From Callorhinchus milii (lineage: Eukaryota), in NCBI RefSeq assembly GCF_018977255.1, contig NW_024704743.1:2234001-2298000 (forward strand): a stretch of 64,000 nucleotides of DNA, read 5' to 3'. This document shows, piece by piece, positions 52,175 through 64,000 of this stretch. Position 1 is the first letter of the stretch, and the number at the start of each line of letters is the position of its first letter. Under the pieces are notes generated by a model. That model did no database searches. It was given only the letters and a program-made list of their open reading frames with translations, and was not told where the DNA came from. The translations under genes were made by a program, and so were the position numbers.

Positions 52175-53233
52175 GGTGATTGGAATGGCCCGCAACGTAC
52201 AAGAATGTCTTGAGTTTATTTCTTAAGGTTTTTTTTTCTCTCTGCAAATGCAAGCTTCCACCCACCTTGCACTCTTGCAAAACAAAAAAAACATTGGGCA
52301 AGTTTCCTAACGCCACGCAGAAATGTAGGGTGTTGGGGCCGAAGCTGATTTCAACAGCCCTATTGCAGAGGCTACACTCTCGAGAAAAAAGGCGTCCGTG
52401 ATGTAGAATAATGGCGACTTTTAACCTTAATGCCTCGGCAAATAAAAAAAAATCAACCTCTCACTCAGCCGCTTAAGTCACGTGGAGAATTTTTCCCGGA
52501 TTACTCAGTATAGGTGACATGCAAATTTTTTTATTATTATTGCCAGGAAACATTATTGGGCGGGTGGTGGGAAGGAAGGGATTTGAACTGCTCAGTGAGG
52601 ATTGTGTACTTGAAAGAAGCCCTTTCCCCCCCCCCACCTCCCCCTCGTGAAGTACACAAGTTTACAATGCAGAAGTTGTAGGCGTTTGGTGCACAGTATA
52701 TGGGACTGTAAGTGAGCATTTGGGAAAATTCAGATATTTTGATGAGACTGCACATAAAACAGAGAATGGCCTGAGCCTACTGGGCTGGACTCTGGTTGGA
52801 AAGAATGACGTTTTCCTTGACCTCCTTGTGTCACCTACCCGCGCTCCTTTTACAGTTGTATCAGAGGCATTTTTGTTGCATCGGGCACACGAAAACAGCT
52901 GCCAGTCTAACCCCCACCTTCTCAAACACTGGCGGCCAGCCAGGCTGCGGAGGGGAGAAAAAATATGTCCGGAACTTCCCTTGGAGTCCGTCGTGTGACA
53001 CTTTGACCCGTTCTCTCTTGCGTTGCTTCCGGAGAAATCGCACGAGGGTGAGGAAAACCTCACCAGCCCGTAAGATTATTCAAGGCAGTCGGTCGGTGAT
53101 TGGAATGGCACACAACGTACAAGAATGTCTTGAGTTTATTTCTTAAGGTTTTTTTCTCTCTGCAAATGAAAACTTCCACCCACCTTGCACTTTCGCAAAA
53201 CAAAAAATGTTGGGCAAGTTTCCTTACTCCACA
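52175..53233 (+). repeat. Dispersed direct repeat, about 140 bp x2 (52175-52316; 53095-53233)
   Basis: Both copies read GGTGATTGGAATGGC..CAACGTACAAGAATGTCTTGAGTTTATTTCTTAAGG...CCACCCACCTTGCACT...TTGGGCAAGTTTCC; offset 920 bp. Confidence 0.9.
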
Positions 53234-53530
53234 CACGCGCCTCTGTTTACTGGCAGTCAGTAGGAACCCGGTTGTTAGTCGATTGGCGGATCACTTTTCT
53301 GGGGGGTAATAATTTCTTCAAAAAAATATAATAATAAATTGGTCACTCAACCCACGGCTGTTTGTGGGGGACGCTGCTGTGTGCAATCGGCTGCCGCGTT
53401 TTGCCCACAAAACACAACAGTTAATTCACTTTACAGTGTATCCTGTGAAGTGCTTTGAGACGTCTCGAAGACGTGATAAGGCGCCGTGTCAAATGCCGGG
53501 ATTATTATTATTATTATCATTATTTATTAT
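53205..53530 (+). mobile_element. Family A SINE lacking the tRNA head
   Basis: AAATGTTGGGCAAGTTTCC through the tail. Confidence 0.88.
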
Positions 53531-54164
53531 TAAAAAGAAATCCTACGTCGCAGAAACCTTTAAATTGCAGACAAAAAACAGTACAACTGCAAATGGTCAG
53601 AATCCGGATATTACTGAGGCCGCAGTTGTGGTGTCCCGTCCTCTTCTCTCTTCCTTAAGTCGTTGGCTGTTTCCCTGTGAGGCGCTTTGATGAGCTGCAC
53701 GTGGGCATGTTGTTGTTGTTGTTGTTGTCTGCTGAGTTTGGCTTCCACAGGCACTGGCAGCTTCCAGTACTTCACCCACGAGCCGTGCTTCAAGCATAAG
53801 CCTGGAGGTGAGGGTCAGGAGAACAATCAACCATAGGGGGCACCATAGGCAAGTCTGTTTGTGTCCTCATCTGCCCACAAAATACACAGTCAACTTCACT
53901 TGACGCTATGTCCTCTGAGGTGCTTTGAGACGTCTCAAAGACGTGATAAGGCGCTATACTAGATGCAAGGATTATTATTACCACTAGTAGTAGTAGTATG
54001 ATCAGATCTGTATATCGCTGTGGAGGGAGCCTCCATAAACTGAAGGAAGATCAAAGACTGCGTATAACCTTTTCAATATCGCGTTGTGTATTCCTGACTG
54101 TTTCTTTCATGCACCGACCAAGTGCGAAAGTCACAACATTAATGGGAGCTATTAATATATATAT

Positions 54165-54817
54165 TTAATATATTTTGGGGGTGAAACGCAGCAGCCAATT
54201 GCGCACAGCAGCATCCCCACAAACTGTCGTGGATTGAGTGTCCAGATAATAATAATAATAATTTTTTTAAAGGGATTATTAACTCAGACCAGCGATCTGC
54301 CAACCGACTAACAATCGGGTTATTCCTACTTATTGCTACGTAAACAGTGGAGGAAGGAAACTTGCCCAACATTTCGCTCTGTTGGGAATCAAACCCAGGT
54401 CCTCACACTTGCGAGGCGAGTGGTCTAACCACTGAGCTACAGGATGTTTTAAATTTTTTGGGGTGCTTGAATGTGTTGTATATTATATTTACCTGCTCTT
54501 TTGCCCTTGGTAGTGGGCTTTTTAATTCAGGTTAACATTATGTGCCACTTGTAAAGTGAATTTGATTGCATATTTTGTGGGCAAAACGTGGCTACCAATT
54601 GCTTTTTTTATCGGGAATTATTATCCCCAGAATAGCGATCCGACAATCGCCAAACAACCGAGTGACTATTTACTGCTGGGTAAACAGAGGTGTGTGTGTG
54701 TGTGTGTGTGCGGAGTAAGGAAACTTGCCCAATGTTGGGCCCTGACCGGGAATCGAACCCAGGTCCTCTCTCTTGCTTGGAGGCGAGTGCTCTAACCCCT
54801 GAGCCACAGGACTCCAC
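54165..54817 (-). mobile_element. Two tandem 3'-truncated family A SINEs (54165-54445; 54550-54817)
   Basis: Each has the head and first body block in reverse. Confidence 0.8.
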
Positions 54818-55676
54818 GTGTTGTTAGCCTGGAGAAAGGAGTTCTCATGCTTCTCGCCACCCAATCTGAGGAATACAGAGTTTTGCCAGATTATCGAACT
54901 GCGTCAAGACAGGTCACACAGAGCAAGAGCTAAAGATTAAGTGCCTGGAACTCATGTTTCGAAGGTTAGAAGGAGTTACAGCAAGAGACGCAACGCTGGA
55001 GTGGCTGTCAGTCCGGGTGAGAACCCACTAATTCAGCGTTTACCTGGTCATAAATCCTGTGATCCCTGAAATGTCCTTTTTAGTAAAAGACCAAACCTCC
55101 AGAGATTGACTGACTCCGATCTCTCCCCCCACCCCTTCCCCACACCTTATTGCCTGATTTATGGCTTGCTGGGACTCTCAGCTGTTACAGGTAAATGTGC
55201 CGGAGCAGCGAGTACAAGTAAAAACTTTAAGAGACAGTAAACTATTGTTACAATGAACAAACTTTACAGAGAACATATCCTGTGAAGTATTCGGTACAAA
55301 GAGCGTAATAATATCAGCTGCATAACTGAGAGCTCGGCATATCATACACGCTAAAGGTAAACATGACTCACATTTCCATTTACTTCACATGTGGTTTCTA
55401 ACACGGCACTATATTTTCATATCTTTTGCAAGCATCTGTTTCCAAAAATATCCACTGTGTAATAAAGCATTAATTAAGCACCCTTCAGCTGTTTTAGAGA
55501 GAGAGACCAGGAGACATTGAACAGCATTTTGATTTTTTTTAGCTTCTATTTAAACCACTTTAAAACTCTCGAATGTTTTGAGGCGCAGGATCTGACCGAC
55601 ATTGAAAAAGCCACCATACTTGTTTTGGTTTGCAGGTAAAACCCAGAGAAGCTTGCAATCGAATAATACTGGGATC

Positions 55677-55712
<36 letters not shown>

Positions 55713-56324
55713 GCTTCACGGGATACGCTGTAAAGTAGTGACTGAAGACAAAACTTTGAATAAATGACACACTGTTGTAGTCAATGAAGTCAGTCTCGCT
55801 CAGCACAGGAGGTTGTGGGTTCAAGCCCCACATGAGTCAGTGTCTATCACTAAAGATCCATCGTGTGTCAGCCTGGCTCCGAGACTGAAGATTGGGGGAA
55901 GAAGGCCCCAGTGTTGGGACTTTGAATTCACATCATCTGAGATGAGACTCCGATACAACGACGACGACAAATTTACATTTGTAAAGCACCTTTCATGGCG
56001 GGAGGACGTCCCAAGGCCCTGACACAGGGCATGAATTGTTTGTAGGTAAGTGCGAGGATCTTAACAATGAAATTCTGTCACTGGGAGTCACTGGAGCCCG
56101 GCAAGGCCTGGGGTAATGTGGGTCTGGAGTTTGGCATGGGTGAGGATGACATGTTAAACCCAGGTCCTGTTTGCCTGTTATAGGATCATGTCTGTGCCGG
56201 CTCTTTGAAAAGAGCTTCCAAATCAACCCCCCCTCTCCTGCTCTCCCCATAGCCCTGATCAACCCCACTCCCCCGCTCTCTCCCCACAGCCCTGATCAAC
56301 CCCACTCCCCCGCTCTCTCCGCCT

Positions 56325-56775
56325 AGCGCTGCAAACTTGTCCTCCCCAAATAATTATCTACTTCTCTCGTAAAAGCTGTTATTGAATCGGCTTCCACCAG
56401 CCTTTCAGGCAATGCGTTCCAGATCCCAACAACTCGCTGTGTGAAAACATTTCTCCTTACCTCCCCCCTGTTTTAGCAACTATTTTAAATCAGTGCCCTT
56501 GGGTTACCGACCCAGCTGCCAGTGGGAATAGTTTCTCCTTGTTCACCCTATTGAATCCCTTCATAATATTGAAAACTTCCATTACATCTCCTCTTAACCT
56601 TCTCTGCTCCAAGGAGAATAATCCTCGCTTCTCTAGCCTGCCACGTGTCTGCCCACTTTACCAGTCTGGCTATGTCCACTTGCAGTCTGCTTCTATCCTC
56701 CTCACCGTTTATTAGTTTTTCCAGCTTAGTATCATCTGCAAACTCGGAAATTGTACTCCAGGTCATTTATATAGA
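56325..56775 (-). mobile_element. CR1 LINE ORF2 3' remnant
   Basis: Peptide ISEFADDTKLEKLINGEEDRSRLQVDIARLVKWADTWQ (CR1 RT FADD motif), followed by typical CR1 C-terminal coding sequence. Confidence 0.85.
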
Positions 56776-56776
56776 T

Positions 56777-57032
56777 TCAGGTGGATGTTAAAGATCCTGT
56801 GGCATTATTGGAAAAGAGAAGGGAGCTTCTCTCTCTCAGTGTCCTGGCCAATAATACCCCAAATAAAATTGGTCATTCATTCCACCACTGTTTTTGTGGG
56901 ACGCTGCTGTGCAGAAGTGGCTGCCGCGTTTCGCCCACGAAATACAGTTAATCCACTTTACAGTATATCTCTGAAGCGCTTTGAGACGTCTCGAAGGCGT
57001 GATAAGGCGCTGTCTCAAATGCTAGGATTATA
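56777..57032 (+). mobile_element. Family B SINE, 3' half (its head is probably at 55790-55950)
   Basis: TCAGGTGGATGTTAAAGATCC...GTGTCCTGGCCAATAAT...tail. A matching head GGAGGTTGTGGGTTCAAGCCCCAC lies at about 55808. Confidence 0.75.
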
Positions 57033-57616
57033 ACGTTGATCATTCACTTCTTGTCTGTTAGTGGAACATTGCTGTATGGAAATTGGCTGCCACATTCGCC
57101 TACAAACACACGGTTACCACTTACTTTTTAGCAATAAATTTCATGAAGCGCTTCGAGAAGGTTTAACGACACGATAAAAACATGATATCAAGTATAAAAA
57201 AAAATTTCAAACCCCATATTTCCCCATTATTCAAAGCCTCTTTTACTCAGGAATTTAAAACGGGGAATTACTGTGAAAAAATAAAATGCAGAGAAAATGT
57301 TTGCACAGGATTGTTTCGCACAGCTGCTGCCAAGGCAATGTTCGAAAAAAGACCAATGCCCTTCCTAACAAATTCTCCTTTAACCGCTGGTTGCTAAACA
57401 CTACTGTGTAAAGCTTGGGAGATCACAGGGAGCATGTTGGTTCTCAGGTCCCACTACCATGATGGATGGATTGCCTGAATAGCATTTACTTGCAATCCCT
57501 CCTCGATTGCGATGAGTCTTGCACAGGAATAGCTCTCAGGATTCCTTGCCCTGATGTAGAAAGATCAGTAAGTGTTGCTGGCTGTGCTCATTACCCCCCA
57601 TTACCACTGGACACAC

Positions 57617-57647
<31 letters not shown>

Positions 57648-57817
57648 TCCCATGTGAATATATCAGAATAATAATCCTTGCAATAATCCACGGCAGTCAG
57701 TTTGCACAGAGAAATGTCCCACAAAACAGTGAATGATTCATTTTAACCAGCGGATTGACAGGCAGGACACCAGGAAAAACTTACTTGTTTTTTTGGATAA
57801 TGCTACAATAAGAAGAA

Positions 57818-58165
57818 ATAATAATTCTTGCATTTGATACAGCGCCTTATCACGTCATCGAGACGTCTCAAAGAGCTTCACAAGATACCCTGTAAAGTGG
57901 ATTGACTGTATTTCGTGGGCGAAACGCGGCAGCCAATTGCGCACAGCAGCGTCACCACAAACAACAACAACAAAATTACATTTGTACAGTCGTGGATTGA
58001 TTGAACATTTGTTTTTGAGGCATTATTGACCCCAGAAAGCGATCCACCAATCACTTAACAACCGGGTTCCTACTTACTACTAAGTAAGCAGAGACGTGTG
58101 GGGAAAGGAAAGTTGCCAACGGTTTTACCCTACCCGGGAATCAAACCTGGGTCCTCTTGCTTGTA
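57818..58165 (-). mobile_element. Family A SINE with a small L2-tail insert
   Basis: Reverse copy; ACAACAACAACAAAATTACATTTGTACAG is inserted at about 57960-57990. Confidence 0.8.
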
Positions 58166-58638
58166 ATAATTTGGTCATTCAATCCACAACATTAAAGATA
58201 CCACAGGACTATTTGAAAAAAGAGTGGAGTTTCTCTACTGGTATCTCAGCGAAGAATCTTCCAAATAAAATCGGTCACTCGTTTCATGGCTCTTTGTGGA
58301 ACATTGCTGTGTGCAATTGGTTGTCGCGTTTGGCTCTCAAAAGACAGTCACTACACTTTACAGTGTATCCTGTGGAGGGCTTGAGACGTCCTCCCAATGT
58401 GAATTGTTACTTGTTCTTGGCGAATACGGCATTTCACGTGATATGTATGGTTTCTCCACGCTTGCCTCTTTCTTCCAACTCCCACTCAGAATGGTGTGCT
58501 GAGCAGCAGTCCCCAATGCCACAATCAGGGAGACAGCTTTGATCCTAATCATTGCGACGGGAGGAGAGGGGAAGCAACAAGCCCACCAACCAGTTCGTGT
58601 CTTTAGTTTCAGACCGGCATTTTTCAGTGATGCCCTGA

Positions 58639-58732
58639 GTGGAGCCCTGCAGCTCAGTGGTTAGAGCCCTCGCCTCGCAAGCGAGAGGATCTGGGTCAGG
58701 TCAGGGCGAAATGTTGGGCAAGTTTCCTTACT

Positions 58733-58772
<40 letters not shown>

Positions 58773-59064
58773 GCGCGCCTCTGTTTACCAGCAGTCAGTA
58801 GGAACCCGGTTGTTAGTCGATTAGTGGATCACTTTCCTGGGGGTAATAAATCCTTCGAAACAAATTTAAAAAAATAAATTATTGGATCACTCAATCCTCG
58901 GCTGTTTGTGGGGACGCTGCTGTGCGCAATTGGCTGCCACATTTCGCCCGCGAAACATACAGTCAATTCACTTTACAGTATATGCCGTGAAGGGCTTTGA
59001 GACGTCTCGAAGACGTGATCAGGCGCTGTATCAAATGCCAGGATTATTATTATTATTGTTGTTG
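58639..59064 (+). mobile_element. Family A SINE, near full length, B box deleted
   Basis: Colinear with 59841-60249 but lacks GTTCGATTCC. Confidence 0.9.
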
Positions 59065-59840
59065 TGTATAAGTTACACATCACAGATCTCAGTTTTCACC
59101 CGACTGTTTTTATTTGAGCAAAATCTATATAAACGAAGTAAACGGGGCAGTTGATAGGGTTGAGTTGAATCTCATTCTCATTTTCAAATGAATTAATATT
59201 TATATCGCCACCTGGTAAATGTCACATAAATAACTTGAATGGGCACTGTTATTTTTACAACGACTGTAACTTAATTTACTTTACTGCAAAATGAACACAG
59301 GCCATTGGGGTTTTATTTTCGAATCGGAATGTGTTTTGCTTGACTGGATGGAGTACAGGTTGTTGGAATCCTTAAAAACAACACAGAAGTTTGCTTCTGG
59401 CAGTCTGGCTGCTATAAGTGCAGCAATTTGAATTTATTAATAGTTAATGATTTAGCTTGTAACTGACTATAATGTGTGGAATATTTTCGCTACATGACAA
59501 ATGCCCCGCCCTACCTCTGAGACCTCCAAGAACTCCACTGACCCTTCGTACAGGGAGCATTGCCCTGCTTCATGTCCCCCGCCCTATCTGCTCTACCATC
59601 GTTGAGGGAGTTTTCAGCCCCTGCTCTCTGGTACTCCATCCTTAGGTTCCTTAGGCTCAGTCCCTCTCTCCCTGCTTTCAAAGCCTTACCACTGTGACCG
59701 TTCTTTCAGCCATCTTTCTACCCACCGCCCTCCCCCAGCTCTGACAGCCCCCCGGCTTGGGTGCTCGGACAGCTTCATAAAGGTCCTCCCAATGTGAAAG
59801 GTACAATGAAATGCTTCCAAATTCCCCTCATACACTATAT

Positions 59841-60249
59841 TGGAGTCCCCTGTAGCTCAGGGGTTAGAGCACTCGCCTCGCAAGCGAGAGGACCCGGGTT
59901 CGATTCCCGGGCAGGCCAGGACGAAATGTTGGGCAAGTTTCCTTACTCCGCACACACACACACACGCGGCTCTGTTTACCGGCAGTCAGTAGGATCCCAG
60001 TTGTTAGTCGATTGGCGGATCACTTTTCCGGGTATAATAATTCCTTCAAAATAAATAAAAATAATTTGGTCACTTCAACAAACGGGTGTTTGTGGGGACG
60101 CTGCTGTGCGCAATCGGCTGCCCCATTTCGCCCACAAAATATACAGTCACTACAATTTACAGCGTATCCTGTGAAGCGCTTTGAGACGTCTCGAAGACAT
60201 GATAAGGCACTAGATCAAATGCAAGGATTATTATTATTATAATTATTAT
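59841..60249 (+). mobile_element. Full-length young tRNA-derived SINE (family A; reference copy)
   Basis: Head GGAGTCCCCTGTAGCTCAGGGGTTAGAGCACTCGCCTCGCAAGCGAGAGGACCCGGGTTCGATTCCCGGG has A box, B box and a CGC anticodon loop. It is followed by TTGGGCAAGTTTCC-(CA)n, a body, the Deu-like TGTGGGGACGCTGCTGTGCGCAATCGGCTGCC, an L2-like tail AAGCGCTTTGAGACGTCTC...TCAAATGCAAGG and (ATT)n. Confidence 0.92.
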
Positions 60250-62237
60250 AGGGTTGCAAAGAGGTGACACTCAGGAAATATTCCTCCCATCTTGTATAAC
60301 TTAACTCTCAGAATGCCCCAAATAATATCTGACTTTGTTAATAGGAATAAGCTACCAGGACTGGATTCAAATGGTGTTAAAAATCAAAAGAATCCCCTGT
60401 AGCCATTATTAGTGAAGCGCTTTGACAAGTCTCGAAGACGTGATAAGGTGCAATATCAAATGCAAAGTTTATTATTATTGTTATTATAAAGCTTTCTCTT
60501 TCTGCTTCTTTTCTCTTTTGAAAGTTATCAACAATATCAGCAGAGGAATCTTGTCATCGTATCTTGTGAAACTCAGTCAAGGTCAACTTACGACAAGAAG
60601 ATTAATCTTCTGAGTAAGACAGCAACATTTCAGCACTTTGCTCTGAAATATGATGTTTTTAACTTTCCCAGATTAACTCTTTGAGGGCTGTCACCAAAAT
60701 AAGAGTGTGGGGGGGGGGGTTTTGGGGGGAAATCCAAACAGTGCAGATGAAAGACAAATACGATAGCATAATAATAATAATACTAATAATAATCCTTGCA
60801 TTTGATCCAACGCCTTGTCATGACGTTGAGGCGTCTGATAGCGCTTCACGGGATATACTGTAAAGGAAATTGACTGTATATTTTGAGGGAGAACCAATAT
60901 ACGATGACAAAATGTACTATGTATAATTCTGCCGCAAACATGTAGTGCAACCTCAATAATCCAGCAGGAAGATGGGGCAGACAAATGATGGTGGATAATC
61001 AGGATTCCACTGTAAAAAATAACTTATACTGACCAAATACTCTGGCAATCATCCCTTCATCATCACTCAATAAAATCACCACGTTTCATCAAATGCAAAA
61101 ATTATTATTATTGCTAATAATGTAATACAATGCAAACTGTAACCCAGCAAATTTTATATCCAAGTTATTTTGGAGTCTAGAATCTATTATCTAGGGCTCA
61201 AATGCTGGTTGCAAAATGCTTATGGGCTATCACATTTTGACAACTTTGAACCAATGATTTAGATAAGATTAACTGCCTTATAATTACTCCTAGGTGTTTC
61301 TAATCTCCTCTAGATACAGAGCAACATGATATTGCTGTGTGTTTTTTTTTAAATAGCCACTAGGTCAACGAAAGTGTATTTTACCAGCATTTCTACCTGA
61401 ATGAAATATTTTGTAATTCCCGTAGTTTTACGAAATACATTTCGAGGCTAACCTGCAGAAATTGAGTTTCTTATTAATAAGAGATGAATACACGGAAATA
61501 GACTGAACTAAAGATGAAAGAATGCCTGAGGGACATACCTGCAGTGCAACCAGTTTTTTTGAGCAAAGTGAGAAGGCGAGGGAGTGGGGGAAGCAACTCA
61601 CTATGTGTTGGGTTAGAAATCCATTATTATATCTGAGGTCTGGGATTTATTACGTATGAAGCAGCTTGGTTGTCAGCTTGGCCCTGTTTATAGTGCTCTC
61701 TCATCATTGGGTCAGAAGGTTTTGCGTCCAACAACAAGTTACTAGCGGCTCTCACGTCAGGAGGACGTCCCAAGCCGCTGGGCTTTCAGTGTTCAATGCT
61801 TGAGCTGATCTTAAATAAAAGGCCCATCTGCCTGTTCAGGTGAAAGTTGACCATTGAAGGGTTTTGAGACGTCTTGAAGACGTGATAAGGCGCAACATCA
61901 AATGCAAGGATTATTATTGTTGTTATGACACTATTTGAAAACCAAACAGAGTTTATCTGCCAAATAAATTGGCTATTTGTTTCCTTGCTGTTTGTATGAC
62001 CTCACGTGGTCGAAAAGAAAGGTGTTAATGCAGGTTTTGATGGTGAGGAGTTATTGTTATTATTATTGTTATTATTATTGTTGTTGTTGTTATTGTGATT
62101 AGGAGGGAAGGAGGCAGAGGGAATCCAGAAACAGGTTCCCACAGAGTGATGGCAGAATGGCTGGAAGTTTGCCCACTGGATTGCAAGGATATGGGGAAAG
62201 AACAGTGAGACTGATTGGGCGGATCTTCCAAAGAGCT

Positions 62238-62294
62238 GGCACAGGCATGATGGGCCGAATGGCCTTCTGTGCTGTGATATTCTATGATTTTATG
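62238..62294 (+). mobile_element. CR1 3' tail
   Basis: GGCATGATGGGCCGAATGGCCTTCTGTGCTGTGATATTCTATGATTTTATG. Confidence 0.75.
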
Positions 62295-63307
62295 GTGGGC
62301 GGAGGACATGAAGCAGGCTGGTGATTGCTAAGTGCAGGGTAGAATCCAGTAACATTTTATAGTGGAAACTGTTATAACTAAATGCCAATTCAACACATTC
62401 TGAAGGAGTACACCACTGCAGACCAACAGAAGGATTGGGGCTAAGTGTAGAATACGGCTGATTTCTAAAGCAGCTTTGTTCTGTAACCTGGATGTGTGGC
62501 AAAAGAAATTAATGAACCAAGGTTACAAAATTCAGTCCACTGGATGATAGAAGAGAAATCGCAAGCGCAATCTAACATTTTAGTTCAAAACCACTGGGTT
62601 AACAGAGTCCTCAACAATACATAATGGTACTTTACGCGGCTTAAGTGCTTGCATTCCCTGCTGGATGCAGAGATTTGTAAAATTCCCACCTCTCTTTCTC
62701 TTGCTCGTTCCTTCCCCCCACTTCATTCCGGTCCAAACGAGCCCGGTCTGCTGAGCGTACATCGAGGAGTTATTTGTTTCATTAAAACTCGAATCGCTCT
62801 TTTTGGTTCCATTTCCTTCATAAGGAAACCCCATTCGAATTCCCGTTGACCTGCTCAGCTCAGCAAAATTTTCACTCTCGGGCATAACAATTTATCTTCT
62901 TCAAAGCGTATTGATTTAAATTCCCACAGCCTGATAGCAGCCACGTTCAGCTGCGTGGAAATCTTAAAGCTTTTTTTCTAAGCTCAGTAGATTTATGTTG
63001 TACCAGAGCAGGAATGATTTGACCAACACGGAAATCTTGGGGAGTGCAATTGACTGTGAACCAATCAGGAGCGCAATGTGAAACAACTACAACAACTCGC
63101 ACTTATATAGCAGGGCAGCGTGAAGAAGACAGGCCCCAGTGTACAGCGTTCCTGGTTGGCAGTCTGCCGTATACTGAGTAATAATAATAATTACTACCCC
63201 TCAGAGCGTGTGCAATGATTGTGTATTCTGTTGGGAAATACAGTGTAGACTACATTGCATAGAACACAATGCGGAGGGCGCACTCTACACAGAACACAGG
63301 AGAGTTT

Positions 63308-63420
63308 GACCCACAAAATATGACAGTCGATTCACTTTGCAGTGTATCCTGTGAAGTGCTTTGAGACGTCTCGAAGACGTGATCGGGCGCTGCTGTGTCG
63401 GCTGCAAATGCAAAGATTAC
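63308..63420 (+). mobile_element. SINE tail
   Basis: CCCACAAAATATGACAGTCGATTCAC...GAGACGTCTCGAAGACGTGAT. Confidence 0.78.
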
Positions 63421-64000
63421 GTGTCAGCCGTTAGTCAGTTGCCGTCGTTTCTTCCGACCGCTTGAAATATTCCGACAAAGAGCAGAAATTCGACAGGACA
63501 ACGGCTCTAACTCAGCAGCCCTCGGTCTCCACCCTCCTGCCCGCCTGTCTTTGGACTTCCATCAATTAAGAGTCAAATGTGTGAAACGCAGTGCGTGGCA
63601 ACCCGAGGAGCAGGGCAAGGCAGAACACAAGTCCGTTCGAAGGGGCTTAGTTCATCCCAGGCCCCTCGTGTGAAATGTCCTGCTGAAAGGGTAACAATGT
63701 CCTCAGCTGCACGTTGAAAGGTTAAAAAAAATATCACACGTCTTACAGAATAAATATGATACTCGTTCTGTCAGCTTTACATGTGGTTTCCCAAACTAAG
63801 GTCACCTTGCACACATCCGCTCCTCAAAAAAAAAACATCTGCGGGGAGAACAAAGTAATAATTATCTACCTTTCAGCTGGTTTGAGATCTAATGAGAAGT
63901 CAGCTTTACTGCACAAGTTTTTAATGTTTTCCTTCACGTTTAAAAGTTGCTTTTAAATGCTGTTGTTTTTTCTCCCTGAGGTGTAGGATCAAACTAGCTT

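Noticed and set aside
56240..56320. 37-bp tandem duplication (similar small duplications at 8143-8172 and 14988-15062)
   Set aside because: Ordinary slippage-type duplications with no further structure.
47091..59218. Weaker CTCF-like motifs at about 47091, 48693, 53830 and 59205
   Set aside because: Each mismatches the 5' CCAS part of the core, and two lie in L2 tail remnants.
59843..59915. tRNA-Ala gene
   Set aside because: Imperfect acceptor stem, no Pol III terminator directly after it, and continuous with the SINE body in many copies; it is a SINE head.
25400..64000. Neighbouring genes (rnf32, lmbr1) or the ZRS limb enhancer; also rbm33 exons in 1-9000
   Set aside because: No recognisable coding exons or ZRS sequence; these are expected outside the window.

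Overview
Vertebrate genomic DNA containing a complete three-exon sonic hedgehog (shh) gene on the minus strand. It is most likely a cartilaginous fish, probably a holocephalan, judged from the protein and the SINE/LINE content. Coding exons are 24624-24325 (300 nt), 17154-16893 (262 nt) and 10990-10299 (692 nt). They join to 1254 nt, a 417-aa precursor with signal peptide, Cys24, intact Zn/Ca ligands and the G197|C198 autoprocessing site. A CCAAT/TATA/Inr promoter lies at about 25272-25340. The AU-rich 3'UTR contains blocks I recognise from the mammalian SHH 3'UTR, and intron 2 contains an ar-C/SFPE2-like enhancer. Two forward CTCF motifs sit 3' of the gene, pointing into the upstream gene desert. 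The rest is intergenic: about 8 kb downstream and 38 kb upstream. It is dense in a young tRNA-Ala-headed SINE, an older SacSINE1-like DeuSINE, decayed L2 and CR1 LINE fragments, microsatellites and C/G homopolymers. No other protein-coding gene, functional RNA gene or CRISPR array is supported. I did not find a clearly new biological system. The best leads are the apparently chimeric SINE, the conserved shh regulatory architecture and the ligand substitutions. All cross-species comparisons are from memory and need alignment to confirm. Repeat boundaries are approximate.
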